Source of the DNA: an archaeon
Lineage (GTDB): Archaea; Iainarchaeota; Iainarchaeia; Iainarchaeales; Iainarchaeaceae
Length of the DNA: 64,000 bases
Assembly: GCA_035289625.1 (NCBI GenBank)
Contig: DATDWP010000016.1
Coordinates: 11,871 to 75,870 of the forward strand
Direction: 5' to 3'
In this document: one piece after another, positions 57,813 to 64,000 of the stretch
Numbering within the stretch: the stretch's first letter is position 1
How the letters are laid out: every line of letters begins with the position of its first letter
Position numbers and translations under genes: made by a program
The notes under the pieces: generated by a model
The model's database searches: none
What the model was told of the DNA's origin: nothing
What the model saw: only the letters and a program-made list of their open reading frames with translations

Positions 57813-58754
57813 ATGGATAGGATAATAATAGAACAAAAAGATGGTGAAATATCACTCCCCACGCGCGTTATAAAAGAGCCCCAGAGGCTGCGCCCGCTGC
57901 TAAGTGAGGGGTGCTGGAAGCTTTTCCAATCAATTTGCAAAAAACCATCCTACCCAGCGCTTTTATCTAAAGAGCTTGGAATTAATGAACAAAAAATCTA
58001 CTACTACATAAAACAGCTCAAAAACAGCGGCCTAATTGATATTGATAGGACAGAGGAGAGAAATGGTGCGGTTGCAAAATACTACTCCGCTTCAAGCGAA
58101 TCCTTTTCCATTCTCCCGACTAGCCCAAGCACAGGAAAAATTTTGCGCAAAATTGAGCAGCAAAAAAACCATTCGGGGTTTTTATCAGAGTTTGTTAAAA
58201 ACGGGATTTTTACAGGAAAAATTGTGGTGGGCTCTCCTGATCCGCACGGGGAATTCAAGGCAAGGGCGCGCGATGGGCATCTTGCAGCAGAGATTGCGGC
58301 ATTTATCGGGGCAAATTTTCCGGGTTTTGAATCCCCACTTGTTTTTCTAGATACTGCCTTGCCTGATTTAAAAAAAGAGAATTCAAACCTCTTGATTTTA
58401 GGAGGGCCGGTTTCAAATAAATTTGCAGCGCAGGCCAATAATTTTCTTCCGATAAAATTCGAACCAAGCGGAGGGAATTGGGCAATCAATTCTTCAATTT
58501 CCAAAAAACAGTACACTGAAGATTCAATCGGAATTATTGAAAAAATCCCGCACCCATATTTTAAGGGCAAGTGGATTTTTGTGATCGCAGGAAAACGAAA
58601 TACCGGGACAATTTCTGCAATTCTAGCACTTACAAAAAAAACCACACAACTGCAAAAGCCCAATTCATACGATTTGAAAAGCGAGGCGCATGTAGTTGAA
58701 GGGCTTGATATGGATGGGGACGGGGCAATTGATGAAGTGGAGTTTAGGGAGTAG
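57813..58754 (+). CDS. wHTH (ArsR/TrmB-like) protein with an unassigned central domain and a C-terminal canonical EF-hand loop
   Basis: LSKELGINEQKIYYYIKQLKNSGLI HTH; DMDGDGAIDEVE at 58707-58742. Confidence 0.55.
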   Translation: MDRIIIEQKDGEISLPTRVIKEPQRLRPLLSEGCWKLFQSICKKPSYPALLSKELGINEQKIYYYIKQLKNSGLIDIDRTEERNGAVAKYYSASSESFSILPTSPSTGKILRKIEQQKNHSGFLSEFVKNGIFTGKIVVGSPDPHGEFKARARDGHLAAEIAAFIGANFPGFESPLVFLDTALPDLKKENSNLLILGGPVSNKFAAQANNFLPIKFEPSGGNWAINSSISKKQYTEDSIGIIEKIPHPYFKGKWIFVIAGKRNTGTISAILALTKKTTQLQKPNSYDLKSEAHVVEGLDMDGDGAIDEVEFRE

Positions 58755-58799
58755 AAACCCGGCGAACAATTATATATCCTGCCGCCTTTTCTTAATTTT

Positions 58800-59084
58800 A
58801 TGAAAATTGAACTCTCGGATTTTGTTGCAAAGCCGTGTAAATCAAGGATTGCATTCGAATTTGTGCCAAAGCAAGATTATGGTCTTGATTTGCAAGTAGT
58901 TGCAAAAAAATTGCGCGAGCAGGAAGTGTTTGTTGAAATCGAAACCCCGTATCTTCTGATGTTAAAATTTGCAGGAAGGGATGTTTCGATTTTCAAGAGC
59001 TCAAAAATTATTGTCAAATCGACAAATGATGAGCAAGAGGCTAGCAGGATTGCAAAAGGGCTTGTTGAGAAGATGAATAATTAA
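58800..59084 (+). CDS. Stand-alone single TBP-fold-like domain protein (94 aa)
   Basis: GLDLQVVAKKL...LMLKFAGRDVSIFKSSKIIVKSTNDEQEASRIAKGLVEKM aligns by eye to one TBP repeat (LDL..IA...., [18 protein letters not shown]....A..YA..). Confidence 0.45.
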   Translation: MKIELSDFVAKPCKSRIAFEFVPKQDYGLDLQVVAKKLREQEVFVEIETPYLLMLKFAGRDVSIFKSSKIIVKSTNDEQEASRIAKGLVEKMNN

Positions 59085-59163
59085 TTGCGAACAACTAATT
59101 TTGAATTAGAAAAATAAGAAAAAATGAAAGAAGCAAATTTGGCGCTTCCTTCACTAATTCAAT

Positions 59164-59529
59164 TTACAATTTATTTGCTGCAAGCCTGTGTATTGAGACC
59201 ACTGAGACGATTAGCGCCGCAGGAGCTACGAATACAGCTAGGTTTTGGACAACTCCTACAAGGAATGGCCCAATGCCTGGGATCAAATTAAGTCCCCCTG
59301 CACTGCCTGCAAGTCCCAAAAGGGCGATTGCCGCTATGAGGAATGTGTGGACTTCTTTGTCCGCTATGTTGAGCAATCCTACTAGGGCACCCAAAAGTAT
59401 GAGTACTAGAGGAATCCATGCCGCAAAACTTCCGAGTGCGGTGCCGGCTCCAACCAATAGTCCGCCAATTATTGCTATTACGGTTCCTATTATGAAGGCC
59501 CAACCCCCAATTTGTTCGTGTGATGCCAT
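59164..59529 (-). CDS. Small G/A/L-rich multi-TM membrane protein
   Basis: 121-aa ORF with 4 hydrophobic helices. Confidence 0.5.
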   Translation of the reverse strand: MASHEQIGGWAFIIGTVIAIIGGLLVGAGTALGSFAAWIPLVLILLGALVGLLNIADKEVHTFLIAAIALLGLAGSAGGLNLIPGIGPFLVGVVQNLAVFVAPAALIVSVVSIHRLAANKL

Positions 59530-59721
59530 TTATTAGCACCTCCTGGAACACCCTTTGAATCAAACCTATAAAAAGCTTCTGGATAACTGGAAAAAGTTTT
59601 CCGTCAATTGCAGATCTTTCGCATTTTTTTGTAGTGCGAATGATATAATGACAAATGACGATAAGTTAAAATAAAGAAAAGCCACAGTTTACTAAAAACA
59701 CTTCAAACGGAGGTTGTGTGA

Positions 59722-60402
59722 ATGGTTGATTACATTGAAGCAATAAAGAAGCCTTTCCAAGATCCAATGACTGCAGGAATTGGCACAATTATAGGTGCAA
59801 TCCCGGTTCTAAATCTTGGGCTAACAGGCTTTAACGCAGGGATGGGAAGGAAAGTAATTAAGGGAGATAATAACCTACCTAAGTGGGATCCAAACCAAAT
59901 AGGGCAATATGTCAAGGACATAATATCAATTATAGTAATACAAATAATCTACATGATACCGGCAATAATAGTGCTCGCAATTGCGGCAGCCGCTGTAATC
60001 AGCACAATAATAGCAGCAGGCCCGCAAATCCTATCAGGAAGTGGCCAGGGGCTTATAACAACAATATTTGCTAGCGCAGCAACAGGCGGGGCCTTAATCC
60101 TTGTCGCAATCCTTTTGGGAATTGTTGGGGCAATACTCTCTTCAATGGGAATATTTTTCTACCTAAAGGAAGGGTCAATTGGCGCGGCATTTAATTTCGG
60201 GGCAATATTAAAAAAAGTCCTAACAGGCACGTATTGGATAACACTAATAGTGTTCTTCATATACAGCCTAGTCCTTGGCTTTGTAGCAGGGTTGCTATCA
60301 TTTATACCAATAGTAAACCTACTAGTATTCGGCTTTGTGGCATTCATTTCAGGAGTCACAGGCTATACAATGCTCGGGCAAGTTTTCAAGGAGACGCCAT
60401 AA
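59722..60402 (+). CDS. Multi-TM membrane protein (DUF4013-like)
   Basis: Shine-Dalgarno GGAGGT. Soluble N-terminal KKPFQDPMT segment followed by G/A/I-rich TMs. Confidence 0.45.
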   Translation: MVDYIEAIKKPFQDPMTAGIGTIIGAIPVLNLGLTGFNAGMGRKVIKGDNNLPKWDPNQIGQYVKDIISIIVIQIIYMIPAIIVLAIAAAAVISTIIAAGPQILSGSGQGLITTIFASAATGGALILVAILLGIVGAILSSMGIFFYLKEGSIGAAFNFGAILKKVLTGTYWITLIVFFIYSLVLGFVAGLLSFIPIVNLLVFGFVAFISGVTGYTMLGQVFKETP

Positions 60403-60510
60403 ATTTGGCGCCTCGATTTTCTCTTTTTTTCGCTTTGAATAGCTTTTTAACGCTAATTTAGCACTTTTTCTTTGAAAAGAGCCTCAAATTAAATCTCTTT
60501 TGTCAAAACT

Positions 60511-60569
60511 CACACTTTTCTTTTTAGTCAAGTTTTTTCTTTTCGTGTAATGAAAAGAAAAAAGTTGAG
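60511..60569 (+). repeat. Polypyrimidine/polypurine repeat block abutting the 5' end of tRNA-Ser(CGA)
   Basis: acacttttctttttagtcaag (19/21 identical to 10469-10489), then hairpin TTTTTTCTTTTTC-GTGTAAT-GAAAAGAAAAAAG, ending 5 nt before the tRNA. Confidence 0.7.
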
Positions 60570-60653
60570 GCGGAGGTGGCAGAGAGGTCAAATGCGCACC
60601 GCTCGAGACGGTGTTCCCGCAAGGGAGCGCGAGTTCAAATCTCGTCCTCCGCG
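60570..60653 (+). tRNA. tRNA-Ser(CGA), class II, no intron
   Basis: GCGGAGG/CCUCCGC acceptor, GCA/UGC D stem, CACCG-CUCGAGA-CGGUG, variable arm UUCCCGCAAGGGAGC, GCGAG-UUCAAAU-CUCGU, discriminator G. A T5 tract follows. Confidence 0.9.
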
Positions 60654-60668
60654 CCTTATTTTTCAAAT

Positions 60669-61262
60669 TCAAAGCCCTAATTTTGCAAGTTTTGAAAATA
60701 AATCAGCGTTCCCGCGGTAGCGTATTGCCTTAAATCCGAGAAGCGAGGCCACAAGTACATTTATTGCAGAATCATCAACATACACGCACTCATTTGCAGA
60801 AAGAGAATTTTTTTTGAGAAAGTGCAAATACGTTGAAGGGAATGGTTTTGCATTTCCACTCTCATGCGAGAGGCAGAATTCTTTGAACGGGGCGTAGAGT
60901 TTTTGCTTGCGGTATGCTTTCCCTTGCAAAAAATTGGAATTTGAAATGCAATAGATCGGAAGTTTTTCCGAGAGCTTTTTAGCAAAGGTGTAGAGTTCTA
61001 AATTAGGTTCAACTGGTTTTTCATATTCTGCAACAACATAATTTTCGTACTCTTGCAAGCTAAGCCCGACAAAGACCCTGCTCCAGAATTCGTAGGGCGA
61101 GTATTTTGCGCGCTCAAAATCTAAAATTAAAAGAAGGTAATTTGATTTTGCAATATTTAATCCGGTGCCGGTTGCAGCGCAGAGCTGCTCTAATATCCTA
61201 TTCTCAGGGGCCTGCACAAACAACCCATTTAGATCAAATACAACTGCCTTTATCATGCGCAT
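60669..61262 (-). CDS. HAD-superfamily hydrolase
   Basis: IKAVVFDLNGLF (motif I with N in place of the second Asp), CISNSN, VYVDDS. Start moved to ATG 61262. Confidence 0.65.
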   Translation of the reverse strand: MRMIKAVVFDLNGLFVQAPENRILEQLCAATGTGLNIAKSNYLLLILDFERAKYSPYEFWSRVFVGLSLQEYENYVVAEYEKPVEPNLELYTFAKKLSEKLPIYCISNSNFLQGKAYRKQKLYAPFKEFCLSHESGNAKPFPSTYLHFLKKNSLSANECVYVDDSAINVLVASLLGFKAIRYRGNADLFSKLAKLGL

Positions 61263-61266
61263 GCCT

Positions 61267-62088
61267 TTAATCCTTTTTCCACTTCTCAACTTCTGCAACC
61301 GGCCCTGAGAGTATTATTATGTCCGGATATACCTGCGCTTTTAGAACCGATGAGAAAATATTTACGGGTTTTATTGAGCGCAAAGCGCTTTTTTCAAATA
61401 CCCCGGGAAGTATTTGCAATTGGGATTTTTGCACGGGAAAAGAATTGTTTTTTACTTTACCTAAAAATCCGAGGGCAAGAATTTCAAGAAGCGCGGGGTC
61501 CTGGCACTCAACCATTAATTCAGAATCCGGCTGTGAGGAAAAAATTTCATTTAATTTTGTAAAAGAAACAGGGTTTGATTGCCTTGCAAAAGAATCATTG
61601 AACTCCAGGTCTTTTAGGGATTTTATCTGGTCTGAAAAAACTTTTGAAATGTATTCCAAATGCCGCACTTTTTTTTCAAGTTCGCCGCAAATCCCTTCAA
61701 GGTCTGAAATTGAAAAATCCAGGGAGCTCTTTGCGGTTTTGAGCAAGTCGCGGTCAGACCTTCCCCTCTCAATCAGTATTTGCAATTTTTCAACAACCGA
61801 ATCGATTTTATCAACAGGGTGCTTTTCTTTTAGGGTTGCATTTAGCGCCAGCACTAACTTGTTTTTTATTTCAGAATATATTTCCCCCTCACCCTTGTCC
61901 ATTAAATAGTAGCGGTTCTGCTTGCGCGTGACAAGCCCAAAAATAGTGAGGTCTTTTAGCGAACGCGAAAGGGCGGCGCGCGCTGAATTTGCATTTGAAT
62001 AAGATGAAGCGAATTTATTGAGAAGGGAGTTATAATCAATCCCGGGGTTTTGCTTTACAATTAGAAGGATTGCATTTCTAGTGGTCAT
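61267..62088 (-). CDS. wHTH-containing hypothetical protein
   Basis: N-terminal ILLIVKQNPGIDYNSLLNKF...LKDLTIFGLVTRKQNRYYL winged-helix pattern; ATG 62088. Confidence 0.5.
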   Translation of the reverse strand: MTTRNAILLIVKQNPGIDYNSLLNKFASSYSNANSARAALSRSLKDLTIFGLVTRKQNRYYLMDKGEGEIYSEIKNKLVLALNATLKEKHPVDKIDSVVEKLQILIERGRSDRDLLKTAKSSLDFSISDLEGICGELEKKVRHLEYISKVFSDQIKSLKDLEFNDSFARQSNPVSFTKLNEIFSSQPDSELMVECQDPALLEILALGFLGKVKNNSFPVQKSQLQILPGVFEKSALRSIKPVNIFSSVLKAQVYPDIIILSGPVAEVEKWKKD

Positions 62089-62454
62089 CCAAACAATTAA
62101 CAAAAAAAGGAATTATAAAGTGTTGTTAAGAGGCCTTGGGTTTATAGCAGACAGTTAAAATAATTCGGTTGATTTTTCATGTCTGCTACCAGCGCAAACC
62201 GCTCCAAAAACCGAAAAACTTTCGCGGTTTGCTATAGTTAACATTGGCCTAGATGGCCCACCTAGCTTTGAAAATGAATTTCAAATAACTCCAAAAACCT
62301 CCATTATTTCTTGCCTCAAAATGCCAAACAGGCATAAAAATAATTTCAGAAATAGCCACTAACCCGGATTTTGTGAATTTTCACCAAAAATCTCCCCCCC
62401 CGTTTTCAACAGTTTTTTAAAGGGGTTCTGCCTTTATCTAAGCGAGAATTTACC

Positions 62455-64000
62455 ATGCAAAACAATCCCTTTACCCCCCCCCATACTCAATAATCGCGCC
62501 CTTTCCCTTCTCCTCATTTTACTCTTTTTCTCTTCAACCGTTTTTGGTGTTGCACAATTAGTTGCGTTGCACGGGCGGATAGCTCAAAGCGGTTCTTCAC
62601 TCTCCACCGGGGATCTAAGAGTTTTGATTTACGATGCGAATGTGAATGGAAATTTGGTTTATGATTCCGGTTCTGATTTTAACAACGCAATAACCGACGG
62701 AGTAGTGGATGTGCTCTTAGGAAGTAATACTCAACTTGATTTGAACTACGGCGGGTACTACTACATTGATCTCAGCATTAATGGAACTGATTTGGATTTC
62801 AATGGTTAAGAGAGAAAACAATTTGAATCCTCACACGGAGTAGTAAAAACAGGATCAATACTCGATGCCACCATCACCAACTCGGATATTTCAACGACCG
62901 CTGGAATTGATTGGGCAAAAATCTCAAAAACCGGTGCTGATCTGAACGCTTTGAAATGGGGTTCGGATTTCAATAACATTTACGCGCGCAGAGGATCAGA
63001 TGTGAATGTTACCGGAGCATGGAATTTCGCAAACAACACAACCTACGGCGGAGGATTCGGCTCAGGCGGAATAACCATCCAAAACGGAGTACTCTACACA
63101 CAATCACTCGTAATCCTAAACGATTTGAACGCAGCAACAGTCACAGCAATAGATGTAAACGGAAACTACACACCATTCCTCGACGCCACATGGAGCCTAG
63201 GATCATCATCAAACAGATGGCTCGGAATATTCACGCGCGACCTAAACGCAACCGACATAAACTCAACACGCGCTTCAATTGGGACACTCTCGCTACCAAT
63301 CACTAGCGGAAGAATACCATTCTCCGACGGAACCAACATCACAAGCGACGGAAACCTCTACTGGGACAACTCAAACAAAAGATTGGGAGTAGGAACATCT
63401 AGTCCGTCTTCAATCCTAACTTTGCTTGGCAATAATTCTCTTACCTTTAGCGGCGTATCTGCACAAGATCAAGCTAGCACCATCTCAACTGATAGCAGCG
63501 ATAATTTGATAATTAATTTTGGGGGAGGTTCAGGAAAGGTTCTTCAAATAAAAGCATCAGGATCTACTTTCTTACAGTTGGCACATCCATCAGGCACTAG
63601 CCCCCACAGCCTTAGCGGTGGTTTGACATTAACCTCAGGAGCCACTACATCAAAACCACTGGTTGTTAGAGGCATATCATCTTCCCAGAGCGCAAATTTA
63701 CAAGAATGGCAAAATAGCGACACAACAGTTTTAGCTGCTATAACACCTGACGGAAACCTAGGAATCAATACATCCACGCCAACACAAAAACTTGATGTGA
63801 ATGGCAATGCACGCATTTTAGGTGATTTGAACGTCACCGGCACATCTTATTTAGGAAGCATAATCCTCAACACCACTGATTTGAATGTCACCAACATCAA
63901 CCCCCGCGACCAAAACATAATATTCAACAACACAAGCGGAGGAGAAATCGCAAGAATAGTGGGAGCAGGAGGAACATCAGGATATATTGGAATTGGAACG
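62455..64000 (+). pseudogene. Tail-fibre-like secreted surface protein gene, disrupted (C9 frameshift at 62474-62482 and in-frame TAA at 62807-62809); runs off the window end
   Basis: ATG 62455 is in frame 0. A +1 shift in the C9 run gives a signal peptide (RALSLLLILLFFSSTVFGVAQ). The frame is then uninterrupted from 62810 to 64000 with reiterated (N/R)LG(I/V)(N/G)TS.P...L motifs. Confidence 0.6.

Noticed and set aside
62807-62809. Genome-wide TAA reassignment as the explanation for the in-frame stop
   Set aside because: TAA terminates well-supported genes in this window at conserved C-termini, for example guaA right after KPPATIEWE. TAG and TGA also act as stops, so the standard code applies.
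1-64000. CRISPR arrays, rRNA operons, IS elements or transposases, integrases, prophage or plasmid modules
   Set aside because: I saw no regularly spaced direct repeats, no rRNA signatures, and no DDE, tyrosine or serine recombinase or capsid or terminase motifs in any listed translation. The only mobile elements I can support are the three inteins.

Overview
Archaeal chromosomal segment: about 40% GC by eye, standard genetic code, densely packed, genes on both strands. The gene set suggests a small-genome, DPANN-like archaeon. The evidence is PAN, FtsZ, geranylgeranyl reductase, an archaeal-type SRP RNA, bulge-helix-bulge (BHB) tRNA introns, TATA boxes about 26 nt upstream of start codons, and many lipobox or Cys-rich surface proteins with little metabolism. 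This taxonomic call is inference only. I annotate about 57 protein genes, 5 tRNAs, one SRP (7S) RNA and three LAGLIDADG inteins. Two of the tRNAs carry 135-nt and 99-nt introns at position 37/38. Two inteins sit in the class II ribonucleotide reductase and one sits in the Walker A loop of a giant HerA/FtsK-like ATPase. No rRNA, CRISPR array, transposase, integrase or prophage was seen. Main items for follow-up: (1) Polypurine/polypyrimidine hairpins and a conserved ~51-nt double-hairpin module lie inside tRNA introns or directly next to tRNA genes at 4 of 5 tRNA loci. (2) Two tandem paralogous lipoproteins are built from up to 14 copies of a 19-aa four-Cys module (CGNxxCExGExxxxCxxDC), and a third Cys-repeat lipoprotein lies about 9 kb downstream. 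(3) A 1071-aa (after splicing) HerA-like ATPase has an acidic N-terminus and an unassigned C-terminal region. (4) A tail-fibre-like surface gene is interrupted by a C9 homopolymer frameshift and an in-frame TAA. (5) A stand-alone single TBP-fold domain protein lies next to a wHTH protein that ends in an EF-hand loop. All functional calls come from motifs read by eye in the supplied translations. No database search was run.
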